From Chrysomallon squamiferum (lineage: Eukaryota > Animalia > Mollusca), in contig CM022671.1 of assembly GCA_012295275.1 (NCBI GenBank), forward strand, positions 15,934,001 through 15,998,000: a stretch of 64,000 nt of DNA. Direction: 5' to 3'. Below, one piece after another: positions 42,166 through 55,700 of this stretch (positions within the stretch are counted from its first letter, which is position 1; each line of letters starts with the position of its first letter). A program made the position numbers and the translations under genes. Below the pieces are notes generated by a model. It searched no databases. It saw nothing but the letters and a program-made list of their open reading frames with translations, and was not told where the DNA came from.

Positions 42166-43227
42166 CATAAGCGCGCTGTAGTTCAATAAACAGTGCAGTT
42201 ATCTGCCTAATTAACTGCAATCAAGCATCCACACAGCACACATTTGTCTACTTTCCAGTCAAAGACGGGTTCCATAATTGTGGGATATATTGTGTTTGTT
42301 TATTTATTTATTAAAGTGTCATAATGAAACATAAGAATATTTACATAAAATGATATTGTCAAAATACCTAATTAATAATAACATATTAGAACATGCATTC
42401 ATTTTTCCTGCCTCCAGAAAGGTCTTTACCCAGTAGACTTTGCTGCTAATAGGGAAAAGCAGCCATTTGAAATATATCATTTTTAGTAGAATAGAACATT
42501 TCACTCGAATGGTTAGAACGAACATTTTCGTAATAGGTTCCTTGGATTATCTGTGCTGATACATCTAGTTTGCCATATGTCAGGATAATCTGCGGTAACA
42601 TTAACAAATAATACACCAAGATTTAGTATTTAATATTCTGTCCACGTATGACCTTTTATCTAAAGGTGTTGTTTGTTTGGGTTTTATTTTTTGGGGACGT
42701 GTGGTTAATATAACTCTAGTTAAAGAAACAACAACCTTAGAGTTTATTGCCTTGTGTCTTTTAGCAGTTGTAGCTCAGTTGTTTTCGATTTCATGAGTCC
42801 ATCCTCCATTTTGCATCTCTGATTGTGTGATTAAAAAAAAAGAAGAAAAAAAAAAGCTACATGGTATTTGCTTTCCTTTCTGTAGGAAATTCAGTATAAA
42901 AGATCATTTAAATCCAATAAATTAACGCAACGTCTGTTAGTAATCATTATCATAAAGAAAAAGGAAAAGAAAACGACAGTTTGACCACTTATAATAAAAC
43001 TTTTAAAATAATGATGTTAAACTTTTGATGACAAATATTCCTTCTTCAGTGTCTTCCATTCATCATCTATTCCTAGACTTCTCCAGAAGAAATTACAATG
43101 AGTTCGAGTGCTAAGATAAACTGATAAATGAAACGGTTATAGATTCTTATCTGTTTTATGATTTTTTTTTTTTTTTTTTGTTATTTCTGTTAATTTAGAG
43201 CCATTTGTCAACATGGAACAAAAAATT

Positions 43228-43229
<2 letters not shown>

Positions 43230-43319
<90 letters not shown>

Positions 43320-43521
43320 GTTGAAATGAAGGTTGATTGATACAGATTGTTTGAATAAATTCCATGGTTGTCCCAAGAAAATTGGTTGATGTTTCATGGT
43401 TGATTGTCAGAATGGAACGTGGCTTCAGTCTGGTACATGGCAGATGACTATATTATCTTCATATGTTTCTGTATGGTTAATTTTCGTCGTTGATTCCACC
43501 AACCTCGCGATAAAATTAACG

Positions 43522-43605
<84 letters not shown>
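43230..43605. repeat. Two ~80-85 bp (CT)n tracts flanking a ~205 bp unique segment
   Basis: (CT)n at ~43231-43316 and ~43524-43605. Confidence 0.95.
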
Positions 43606-43609
<4 letters not shown>

Positions 43610-43841
43610 TCTTTTACAGCTTGTTTTGAATCTGATTGTAATCAGATTTCTTTTTACATCTTTTAAGTTAAAGGCATTGCGGAAAAAAAAAAAAAAATAG
43701 AAAATAAAAATAAAAATAGAAACCAAAAAGAAAGAGAAAACATGAATTTACTATTAAAATGCTTTATTAATGTACATATATGTATGTGTGTGTATATATG
43801 TAAGTATGTATGTATGTGTATATATTATTAATATTATTATT

Positions 43842-43883
<42 letters not shown>

Positions 43884-45527
43884 CCTTTTATTAATAATAA
43901 TAATAATAATAACAGCAGCAATAATTATATAAAATGAAATGTGTTAATTTTTACATTCAAATTATGTTGTGAGCCTTGGCGCTGCAATAAGTCCCAGTTG
44001 TTAGTTTCTTAATGATCTTCAATTATTTAAGAAAAAAAAAAAAAAAAAGATGACGACGAAGAAGAAAACGTAAACTTTTAATGCATGCAACCTAGACTCC
44101 GCCCACAATCTACATCTGAACCTAAACGGAAATAATAAAATTCAAACTTTACACTTTGTTTGGGAAAGCGAAAGGCATTCTGGGTGAAAAGGGTACTGCG
44201 CCTTATTAGTGATCTAGAAGTCAGATGGTTATCGCTATGAGTATTTTAATCTCGTTGTAACACTCAGTATTTCCGTCAACAAATCAAGGTATATCTATTT
44301 TAAGTATTTAGTCTATTGTATGTTGTTATCATTATGTAACCCGTGTTCGGCCTTGTACTATGTTTAGTTATGAGTGGAAAAATGTTGATTTATAAAAAAT
44401 TACGTAGCACTGAGGTGTATTACTATTAATATTTATCTGAAATCATAGAAATGTAACAAATAATAAAATACTACAAAATTAAATATTATATTAGTAAATA
44501 TTTACTTTTTTGGTTTTGCATTTTTTTTTTTTCTTCGTGAGTTTGGGGACGGAGCACTGATTCTGTTTATTTATTTAACTAACATTTATTTAGGTTTATC
44601 TTACACTTTTTACAGTTAGTTTAATCTGAAAAGTAAGTAAATAAATTTCACCTTAATATTTTGTTTTAATGAAATGTAATACTATTGTGTTAAAAAAAAA
44701 AGAAGAAAAAAAGAAAAGAATGATTGTTTTATTAGGCCTGTCACACAGGGTTAAACTGGCCAAAAGTTTGTATGGCTCAGTTAGACTAATTCTATATAAC
44801 CTGCTAGTCAGCATTCCATTCACTGAACATTTCAAGACCTGACTTCAAGACACTTAAAATGACATCATGAATAACTTCCTACATGGCTTTTATCTCTGAA
44901 GATAAGAAACCATGTAGAGTAGGTGCAGAGACAGCATGTCTAATGGGTTAGGGATGTCATCGTTTCTGAAGATAAAGATGTAATACCTGGGGGGAAAAAA
45001 ACAAATTTACAAATTTACATATTGCCAGGACAGAACTGGTGTCCCAATTTGAATCTGCATATATTAGGACAAAGAAAGAAAAAATTAATTAAATAATAAT
45101 AATAAATGAACAAACAATAAATCTTAGCCCCAACTGTTTAAGAATAAATTTTAATTTGGTAATTATTATAATGTTCAGTCATCTCATTGTCCTTCTGTCT
45201 AATGTTTTCAGATATTTTCAGATTCTGACTCTATAAAACTGTCACATTTGTTTTGTATTATTAATATCTGAATGATGAAATTGAATTACATTCAGTGTAA
45301 ACAAGATTATAGAAAAAAAAAAAAAAATGGGTGGGCATTGGAAAACTATAAAATACATAACAAACCAAATGACAGTCAAAATAAGGCCATAATATTACAT
45401 AATTCTTAATCAGGGATTCTTGACATATTTATATATTTTGATGAAATTATATACTTGCACAATAGAGTGTTTATAATCTTATGAATTTAACTAATACATA
45501 TTAAAATGTTTATTCTTTAGTGTCGAA

Positions 45528-47315
45528 ATGGCAACCAGTCTTCCTGAACAGGAATCCTGTCCAATTCCTGGAATGGAATTTATTTACTTGACAGAAACCA
45601 GAATAAAATACATTAACACAAACTTCAAGAAAGTCAAAGCCAAAATCTATGACCATCTCTGTGATGTAAAACTACAGGTGGGCACAACAACTTACAAAGC
45701 TCATCGTGATGTGCTGTCTGAAGCCAGCGACTACTTTGCAGCCATGTTTAGTCATAACATGAAAGAAAAAGATCAAGATGTTATAGAACTTTTGGGAATC
45801 ACACCAAGAGGAATCTCAGTTATTCTAGAATATTTTTATCATGGTCATGTAACAATAGATTCAGATATAATAGAAGATATTTTGGAGGCTGCCAGATTTT
45901 TTCATGTTGAGTGGATTTTAAAGGCCTGTTCAGAATATATTGTTCGCCATCTTGTACTTGAGAACTACCAAGATGTGTTAACTCTTGCTGATAGATTCTG
46001 TCTTGTTGATCTAAAAGGTGATATATTTAAATTCTTTGCCAAGAATATAAGCATTTTGTCTCAGAAGACTGATTTCTACAAGAATCTTTCTGTTGAACTT
46101 TTGTCACAGTTCCTGAAAGAAAACATTTACATAGATGTTGAAGAAGAGTTCATTATGAATATGGTTTTGGATTGGGTTGAAGCAGACAAGCAAGATCGCA
46201 GTGACTATCTTATACCATTGTTGCGGCTAGTTCGTTTTCCATTATTTAGTCTTGATTCTCTTGAAAATTTACCTGACAGTGTCACATTGTCACCTGAAAT
46301 ACAAGATGCTGTTGAAGAAGCCAAACATTACAATTACAATGTTTCTGCACAAAGCTTGAAAATAGAGGAAAGATTCCAAGCACGTGGATCAAGGCTTGTT
46401 CTTGTAGTCATGTCATTTTCAGATGAGCAGAATGCTATATGGTACAAAGAACCTAGTAGTGACATTGTGTATGTAGAACAACTTAGTGACACAGGTCTTC
46501 AGCTGGATTTTGAATTTGCTAGTCTAGCCAAAATTGGAAACTTTTTGTATGCTATTGGAGGATATGATGCTGATGTGTTTAGCTCTGACAGAGTTTTTCG
46601 ATTTGACCCCAGACGACGATACTGGACAGAAGTTGCTTCGATGAATTTCAGAAGAGTCTCTTTTGCCTGCTGCAGTTCAGGAGAAAGAATCTTCGTGTTT
46701 GGAGGAGTGAACCATCATCTCACTGAAGATGGGAGAGAAATAGATGTTATTCTCAACACAGTTGAAGTTTATCAGCCACTTGATAATGCCTGGATAATTC
46801 TTCCAGAATTAATCCATGGATCATACTACCAGTCAGCAGTATTTCTAGATGATGACCTATATCTGACTGGAGGGATCAGTGAAGATCCAGGTGATCCAGT
46901 TCCTATGACTGCTTGTTACAGGTTCTCCCTGGGGACTTACAATTGGGAGCCAATACCAGATATGCAGTATCCAAGACACAGTCACAGCATGACACCAGTT
47001 GATGGAAAGTTGTATGTCATTGGTGGGTTTACCAGCTCTGGTTATGGAACCTTTGCGGACTGTTTCAACAATGAAGTGTTTGACATTGAAACAATGCAGT
47101 GGACAGCCATAGCTTCTACTCCAGAAGCATTTGGCCACATTTTCTGTGATGTTTGTTATCATGACTCCATCATTTATTTGCTAGGAGAAGCTGAAGGGTC
47201 CTGTAGTTTACATTCTTACAGCTTGAAAGAGAATAAATTCCAGGCTGGGGATCATGTTGGGGTCAACATCAGAAAAATGTGCCTGTTGAATTTAGCCTAC
47301 CCTACTGACCCATGA
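45528..47315 (+). CDS. Kelch-like protein (BTB-BACK-Kelch, probable CUL3 adaptor), single coding exon of 595 aa
   Basis: BTB (LCDVKLQVG..AHRDVLSEASDYFAAMF..LEYFYHG), BACK (EEEFIMNMVLDWV..LLRLVRFPL) and Kelch repeats (LYAIGGYD, IFVFGG, LYLTGG, LYVIGG). Acceptor TTTAG at 45520 just before the ATG; probable non-coding exon ending AAG|GTATAT at 44288. Confidence 0.95.
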   Translation: MATSLPEQESCPIPGMEFIYLTETRIKYINTNFKKVKAKIYDHLCDVKLQVGTTTYKAHRDVLSEASDYFAAMFSHNMKEKDQDVIELLGITPRGISVILEYFYHGHVTIDSDIIEDILEAARFFHVEWILKACSEYIVRHLVLENYQDVLTLADRFCLVDLKGDIFKFFAKNISILSQKTDFYKNLSVELLSQFLKENIYIDVEEEFIMNMVLDWVEADKQDRSDYLIPLLRLVRFPLFSLDSLENLPDSVTLSPEIQDAVEEAKHYNYNVSAQSLKIEERFQARGSRLVLVVMSFSDEQNAIWYKEPSSDIVYVEQLSDTGLQLDFEFASLAKIGNFLYAIGGYDADVFSSDRVFRFDPRRRYWTEVASMNFRRVSFACCSSGERIFVFGGVNHHLTEDGREIDVILNTVEVYQPLDNAWIILPELIHGSYYQSAVFLDDDLYLTGGISEDPGDPVPMTACYRFSLGTYNWEPIPDMQYPRHSHSMTPVDGKLYVIGGFTSSGYGTFADCFNNEVFDIETMQWTAIASTPEAFGHIFCDVCYHDSIIYLLGEAEGSCSLHSYSLKENKFQAGDHVGVNIRKMCLLNLAYPTDP

Positions 47316-47914
47316 GAAAAAGATTTTAGATTTTGAATTCATTGTTTTAAAAATGTTAGCTGGATTGAAATTATTTTATCTTATTTTTAAAACTGAACAG
47401 TTTGCTAAAATATTTATGAATGGGTGAACAAAATATGTGGAAAATGTATGCCATGAGTGGAAATAATTAAAGAGTATTTTAGAATAATGTAAGAATTGTT
47501 TTTGTAAAGAATATGTTTATATTACATTTTTAGATCTATATTTATGATAACCCATGGTTATGGGTGTTTAAAATAAGTGGGTGAGTCGTGTGAAATTTAT
47601 AGGTGTCAGGTATTATTTGACTGTATAGGAGTATAATTTTAAAACCAATCGGTGTTGCTTGCATATTATATTTTCGAATGTTCAAATTGATAAATATAAA
47701 TAATAAATTTAGAAGAAAAATGACAACAAAACCACATTATTTTTTATTTTCTACTGCATATTGTAATTCATTTCTTGTGTTAAATACACTATTGAAACAA
47801 TGTAGCCATTATATTGTACATTGATATTCAAGGACAAATTAATGCAGTGGAACTGAGCATTTGTTTTATTGGTAGCAAGAAAAAAAGATACCAGTATCTG
47901 TCTTGATGATTAAC

Positions 47915-48561
47915 AAATTTGTACTTAAAATAATATTACACTCTGGGGAAGTAAACTATATTTTAAACATTCCTTACAAACATAATTATTTATCATCTTT
48001 TAAATATTTGCTTATAAATTTTGTGATACTTTCACGGCATTAAAAAAAATTATTATTTTCTTTCATACATTTAGTTGATGCTAAAGTGATAAATAAGTTA
48101 TATTGTATTATGTGTTTCATGCAATATAAAAATTTGTACTTAAAATAATATTATACTCTGGGGAAGTAAACTATATTTTAAACATTCCTTACAAACATAA
48201 TTATTTATCATCTTTTAAATATTTGCTTATAAATTTTGTGATACTTTAACGGCATTAAAAAAAATTATTATTTTCTTTCATACATTTAGTTGATGCTAAA
48301 GTGATAAATAAGTTATATTGTATTGTGTTTCGTGCAATATAAAAATTTGTACTTAAAATAATATTATACTCTGGGGAAGTAAACTATATTTTAAACATTC
48401 CTTACAAACATAATTATTTATCATCTTTTAAATATTTGCTTATAAATTTTGTGATACTTTCACGGCATTAAAAAAAATTATTATTTTCTTTCATACATTT
48501 AGTTGATGCTAAAGTGATAAATAAGTTATATTGTATTATGTGTTTCGTGCAATATAAAAAT
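47915..48561. repeat. Three near-identical ~213-215 bp tandem copies downstream of the Kelch CDS
   Basis: Units beginning AAATTTGTACTTAAAATAATATTA(C/T)ACTCTGGGGAAG start at 47915, 48130 and 48343. Confidence 0.96.
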
Positions 48562-49716
48562 CGACCTCTGCTAAGAATGTAGAACAAAATGTGTTTATTT
48601 TAGATTATTATCTTTTCAAGTTTTTAAATGTTGGAAGTAAAGGGTGTTTCGGAAAGGATCACAATTTTTCAGTTATTATTAGATTTTTCTGCATAAATGA
48701 AAATATGTTGCAGTGCTTGATAACATAAAAGGATATAATTAATAATCATGCCAAAAAGCAGAAAATTGATTCCATTAAATAAGAAAAATCACTTGTTTTT
48801 CATTGTGATATTCAATGTATTGAACATTATAAGATTCGTTGGTGCAAAATACAGCTGTTTTTCACCAGGTTATCTGTAATCCAAAATAAACTTTGGTTAA
48901 AATTGTTTTCTGTTTAACAATTGAAGTAGTTTGTTAATTTTCAGCAATATTTGTTTTTTGCTAACTGTTAAGTCTGAAGTTTTGTGAAATGTTTGTTAAA
49001 ATTTTTACTGGAAATGTTTGTGCTTTGGACTCTTAATATTTAATGTAATACTGTTTATGTACATGTATAAATATAAAGTAAGTTATAACCATCAAAGAAA
49101 TAATGCAATACTTTATGAAAGTTGAGCAAAAGTATGTTTGTATTTTAGTTAAAAATACTTGCCTTGGTTGTGAACAAAATGGGTCCATTATATTTTTAAT
49201 TGCAATTTTTTAAAATTATATTTTGTTTTGCTTTTGCTACTATAACTATCAGTATACTTTTATGTGCTATTTATTATTATATTTATGAGTAATAAACTTT
49301 TTATGCAATTTATGTATACTTTGTTTTATATTTTTATTAATATTTTACAATTTACATTATCAGGCTCTGTTAATATTTTATATATCTCAATGGATTGCAT
49401 GTAATGAATCAGTGCGTACAAATTTCATTATTAAAATTAAAAATGGTTTGAAAATTCACTGATTTAGATTTAATTACTGCTGCCATATAACCAGCTAGAT
49501 ACTTTCAAATTTACATTTCACCCAAGTTCTCTAAAATTTTATTAAAATATTATACATTTCATGTCTATTCTGGAAGATGGACACAAATATCAAATTGAAT
49601 ATATTTCACTGACAGCCCTTACTATGAAAGTAAGATCCAAAGCAGTCTGCTTAACTGGTATTTTGAATAACTGAAGTTGATTAACAAGCAAATCACATTC
49701 AGAAAAGGAAATTTTA

Positions 49717-51779
49717 TTATCTCTCAATATTTTTATCATCTGAATTTGGATCACTCTGACTCAGTTCAACAATGTTTGCTTTATTTTTGGAATTTTTAGT
49801 GGTCAGTTTTAATTTCATGTCAGTGTCTGTTACACATGAATTTTCAGATTCAACACAATCAGAATTGGAGTCACAATCACTCAAACAATCACTAGAATAT
49901 TCATCGGAAGAGGAATCTTCAGTTTCCATAATTGCCAGATTCTGTAATAAGCAAAGAAAATTATAACACTTTTAACAAGTTTTCAAATTATTTTAACATC
50001 CTTATTTATAAAACAACTTTAAGCAGACTGTGTTATAAATAAGAAATTAAATCGTTATAAAAAACATCTGTAGGAATAAATTATAACACTTTACCAGAAG
50101 CTTTGAAAATAGCAAATATTTAAAAGTTGTAATATTACTGTAAAAAATTTAAAATAAACATTCTTATCTCTATTTAAAATTGACTAATCATTAATTCTAA
50201 ATATTAGCTTTAAACTAATCCATTCATTTTTTCATAAATTAGGAATACATTAGTAAAAACCAGTAGATAATGAATGAAAAAGATATTTACCATTTCTATT
50301 ATTGGCCCAGAGTATTCAGCTATATTCTCAATGTCTAACTCACAACTTGGAACAGATTTTGCAAATTCAGCAAGTTTATCATTTGCTTCTTCCATCTGAG
50401 GCAGGAATTCTTTAACTTTGTTGAGAACTGAAATAAAACAATTGAAGATGTAAAAAAAAGGAATTTTTTTTAACAATTGGCCCATTCAATTATAACAATC
50501 ATATTTTAACCCTTGCGGCCTGTGGCAGTAAGGCAAAAATACCTGCAAGAAATTATTATTCTTCTTCTTTTTTTCAAAACAGCTATTTAATTCATCAATC
50601 CAAAATAATATGATGTTCAAAGGGTCACAACTCCAGAAGTCAAACATAATAATATCCTAATAGATATATATAAAAAAAAAAATTGTTTAGTTAAAGATAA
50701 TGTATGGAATGTCCTTAAAGACAAATAACCAGCAATCTGAAAAATCAAGGTGATCTGTCATACTCATAGGTATGAATTATTTAAATATCCACCAAATGCT
50801 ATGTATATAGTAAAGTATTAGATACACTGGATACTAAACACAGTTGTTATGGCTATTGGTGTATTTCTGTTGGTTTTATTTTTTGTATTTTTGATTTTTA
50901 TGTTGTTTTTTGTCTCTAAATATTCTATAACCAAAATAATTACAAACCAGAACTTTTTGGCACTTTGAAAGTTTGTGGTGCAGGCACACTGAAATGTTGC
51001 TTCTGTTTTTTATTACATATTTTCAATCGTTCTGCAATATGATCTGAAAATAAAGAAAAAAGTAAAATTCTGAAATTAATTCAATACAAATAATTTTACA
51101 AATTATATATTTACTGATATCAACACATAAGCAAATTCCAGTGACTTTGCTGAGTTTGTCATTACAATAATAAGACAATTCACACACACACACACACACA
51201 CACAGTTTTTTAAAGTGTCATATAAAAACAGAATGCTTTCGTGATATTCGAGTGAAAAAAATATTTAAAAAATAAAATAATAAAATTAAATTAAAAAACA
51301 AATGAAAAACAAATCATTGATAACATTAATAATAAAATGTAATAAAAATGCAAAAAGAAAAGAAAAAAGAAAACAAGAACGATAGAAACAGTAATAAAAA
51401 TTAATAAACCATCAAAATAGAATTAAAAAGAATATTTTTTTTTATCAATTGTCAGCAGAGATTTTATTGATAATTCTTGCTGTAATTTGTAATTCTGCTT
51501 TCAAAGTTATTAAAATAAATAAATCAATAAAACTATTAAAACCAATTTTATACTAAAGCATAAATCATTAAATCATAATAAATGTATAGCCGATCATTTT
51601 TTATTTATAAAGTTCTCCCTTCTGAATATTTTAAACGTTAAAATTCCTCAACTGAACTTACTTTCTGAATATTTTTCTGAATACAGAAGATGTTTCGATG
51701 ATGTCTGATTCTGTTTTATTTCATTATCCATCAAAGTTTGACATCTTTTTTCTGAATCACAAGGCATGGAAGTCGCCAT
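49717..51779 (-). CDS. NOPCHAP1: NOP protein chaperone 1-like (C12orf45/DUF4598 family), 4 exons
   Basis: ATG at 51779. Approximate exons 51779-51662, 51043-50948, 50427-50292 and 49941-49717. The peptide ..KVPKSSVLNKVKEFLPQMEEANDKL..LDIENI..GPIIEMNLAI, followed by an acidic Ser-rich tail and IVEL, matches the family signature as I recall it. Confidence 0.82.
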
Positions 51780-52006
51780 TTTATAACGCTTTAACAGTAT
51801 GTGTTGGTAACTTCCTCCAGATAATTACAAGGTTGTTATTAACTTCGGAATCCTGCTGTGCTGAAGATAAATAAGTGCAAGTGTTTCGGTTGGAGAAATG
51901 CCGGAACACAATTACGACGTAGTGACAAGTTAATTATGAACAAATATTTTCCTCACCGATATTAATGGATTTCCATGTTTTCTAAATTGGATCTCGTTAT
52001 TTGAAG
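51770..52006. promoter_or_regulatory. Compact bidirectional NOPCHAP1/SLC41 promoter with a probable non-coding SLC41 exon 1 ending at 52006
   Basis: CpG-richer patch. A YY1-like AAAATGGCG overlaps the NOPCHAP1 start on the - strand. ETS-like CGGAA at ~51846 and ~51902. Donor GAAG|GTAGAA at 52006 and acceptor TTCAG at 52690. Confidence 0.55.
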
Positions 52007-52706
52007 GTAGAAATTACTAATAATATATTAACAAGATTGGTACTAAACGTCCATTTATTTATAGATCATATTAAACGGACTGGATATTAATGTTCAAGCT
52101 ACAAACCATGTATCCGGGACATGTGGCAGTTTGTAAATTGTAAATTTGATTGTTACTGTTCAGACGTAGAATCAGCCAGCAATTGATATATTGTTTGATT
52201 ATGGTAAATAGGTTTTGCTTAAATAGTAAACCACCACGCCCCTTTATTCACATTTCCACTCAGACCATTGCACTACACTCGAGTCTGGTATCTGGCTGTC
52301 AGTGTGACACATTTTACTATCACTATCAGTATAATCAGGTCCGTCATTCGACTGGCAGTCTTGGTGTTTGGCATTGTTAAGTATACTATATATACATATA
52401 TATAATTTTAATGTATTATACTTATTAGAACATTCGTACTATTACTATTAGTGTATCAGTCTAACGTCAAAGTATGAGTTAAAATGTGACCGGTCTTCAA
52501 ATGTACCTTTTTTTGCAGCGAATTTGAAATAAAACTCGCATAATTTATCAGTTTAATTATTTGCAGTTACTGAGTTAGTATTCAAATTGTTGTATAATTG
52601 AAATTGAAGAAAAATAAAAGAAATAAAAAATAGCCTGTAACTTGTAATGCGGCATGGTAATTATTGTACTTCATTTTCTTTTTAATTCAGAAATGACTTT
52701 CAGGCT

Positions 52707-55700
52707 ATGTCCCAATATTCAGACAGAGAACATCTACGAAGTCGTAGGACAAAAATGGTACCACGAGTAACTCCCATGACTTCAAATATTGATGAAGTGG
52801 AGTTGGCCAATATTGGTGCAGAGCCATGTCAAAGTAAAGAAGACACTGTAAGTCCAGAAAATGTTGATATTACAGAAAGCAGACTTGGAAATGGTAGTGC
52901 ATACAGAGAAACTGACATAACGTCATTGGGGTCATATGACAGTCAAAATGATGAAGAAAATATAGAGCAACCACTTATACAAGAAGAAGCAGATGAACAA
53001 GAAGAAGAACCATTAGTTGAATATACTGAACCACAAGAAAAATGCACAAATATTGCTTTTCAAGTCTTTATTCCTTACATTATTGCTGGGTTCGGAACTG
53101 TTGGTGCAGGAATGGTTCTTGATGTTGTACAGGTTTGTATTATAGATCAATTTATTTATTTCGGAAATATTTATGTATTCATAATGTTTATTATTTAAAT
53201 ATTTGAAAAAAGTATGTTTATCATTTTTAACTCTCTTCTCAGCAGATTATAGTTTTATCTCATTTCCAAATATCCCCTCTTGTTACTGTTTACATACTTG
53301 CTATCTCTATTTTTCAGTCATAAATAAGTAAATATACAAAGAATAGACTCCACACAAAAAATCTGAGACCAAGGAAAAATAAACCAAAAAAAACAACCTG
53401 CACAGTAAATAAATAATAAAATATTATTCTTTATATCTATTAGTGTGGATTCTAACTGTTCTTGTGTGGAAAATGGCTTATATTATATGAAAATGTATCT
53501 TGTTTTGTAACTTAGTTCATTTTTTTATTACATGTCTGATACTGATTTGTATTAGTAAAGCATTTTCCTCATTGATCAGATAGCATAAAAAACAAAATGT
53601 AATAATAATCATTATTGACATTTGTGCTGGGTTTACTGTTTGAGAAAGCATTTCATTTGTGAACATGTATACATATATTTATCAGTAATAAAGTTTCACA
53701 ATTTACATATTCTTTCTAAAATACAGAATAGATTCAAACATAAGACTGTATGATATTTATTGTAATTTGTTATTGAAATAGCCTTAAACAAATTGCTTTG
53801 TAACCCTTTCTAAAATGTATTTTTTTTTTTTATATATATGTATTAAATATTTACACATAAATATACATTGAACAGATTATGTAAAAAAATACATGTTCTA
53901 AGTTTTAAATGTTTTTGTTTCTGTAAATTACTCTAGCACTGGAGTGTGTTTATCAACGTAAAAGAAGTTTTCATTCTTGTGCCTTCTCTTCTTGGTCTCA
54001 AAGGCAACTTGGAAATGACTCTGGCATCAAGACTCTCTACCCAGGTATATTATCAGCCAAATTTAATTTAGAAAATGACAACATTGACAACAACTTAAAA
54101 CTCTGACACTGCATTTTAAAAAGGTCAGATGAAATTTTAAAAATAACAGATTAAAAAATGAAAGGGAGATAATCTATTTTCGTTTTCTTTTTTTGTTTTT
54201 TTAAAAGAAAAATAAAGGAAAATGCCTGTTTTATATTGCTGTTAGAGACAGGTATATTAAAATTGTATTAAATTTAATAGGCAAACTTGGGAAATATGGA
54301 TACCAGATCTGAGAAACTGAAGATGATTGGAGGAAATCTGGCTCTTGTTCAAGTAGGCTTTACAAAAATGAAATTTTAATTATTTCTATCAGATATTGTT
54401 ATACTGTAAATTATTATTCATTTCCATTTGTGTGGCCTTCTCTGTGTCTTAAAATATCAATCTGTTTTGATTTTTGTATTTATACCTAAAAGAATTTTGT
54501 CAAATGCATAATGAAAACATTTTATTTAATATTTCCCATATTAAAAATACTTATGATAAATCCCCTATGTCTGTATGAGTTATTATTAATTTATTAAAAG
54601 ATTATTCTCTAACAAATTGTTTTTAATCAGGCACAAGCCATTGTGGTTGGATTTCTTGCCTCAATGGTTGCTATGATAATGGGGTGGATACCAGAGGGTA
54701 AATTCAATATCCACCATGGAATATTGCTGTGTGCATCTAGTGTCTTCACAGCTGCTGTTGCTAGTCTTATTTTAGGTATGGTGCTTTTAATACATTCTGT
54801 TGTCCTCTATAAAATAATTAGGCACAGATTCATCATAAAGGAACTTAAATAAAATTGAAATTAAAATAAATAATGTTTAAAAAACAACTTTTAATAGTCA
54901 CCAAACAGTTTCCAGATAAAGTGGTCTGTTTTCAGTGAAAATTTTATAAAATACTCTGCTGTATTTTATAACTTTCAAACCATGTTAAGTATATTAATTT
55001 AACAAAAGATTTTAATTAAGAAAACTACTGTTAAAGATGATTTTTTTTTTTTTTTCCAGGTCTTATTATGGTGGGGGTAATTCTTTTGTCAAGAAAATTG
55101 AAAATTAATCCTGATAATGTAGCTACACCAATAGCTGCTAGTCTGGGCGATCTTATAACACTTTCTTTACTTGCTGCAGTGGCATCATTAATTTATAATG
55201 CAATAGGTAAGTTGAATTTAAATATAGATTAATTAATTGAAATAGTTTCAAATTTCAGTTAACTGTGATCCAAAATCGTCAAAACAATGAAATTGAGAGG
55301 GAAAACACTACTGCAGTTATCACTGATTATATACACCCACACCTAAACACAAACATATATTTATTATTTGTAGTGTCATAACTTTGTAGGGTTAATATCT
55401 ATATGTATCTGTCTATGTCTAGGTCTCTATATCTATCTACACACAGTCACACACACAAAGTTATTTTGTAGATATTACTAATATTTTTTAGCAAGTATTA
55501 CAATTTTGGGTTCTGCAATGCTGGAAAATAATTATGGGTTAGGTATTAGTATCCTTTAAGATTATTTTGTCTTATTTTTCATACCTGATTTTTCTTTCAG
55601 GAAAACAATTGTGGCTGGGTCCATCCATAATAGTTTTCTTTTTATTGCTAATTCCACTTTGGGTTGTCATCTCAATCAAAAACAAATACACCAATGAAGT

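Noticed and set aside
43137-43726. ERERER / SLSLSL ORFs (also 16346-16742 and the poly-I part of 26270-26641)
   Set aside because: Translations of microsatellites.
46857-47162. 101 aa antisense ORF within the Kelch CDS
   Set aside because: Shadow ORF of a coding strand, with no recognisable features.
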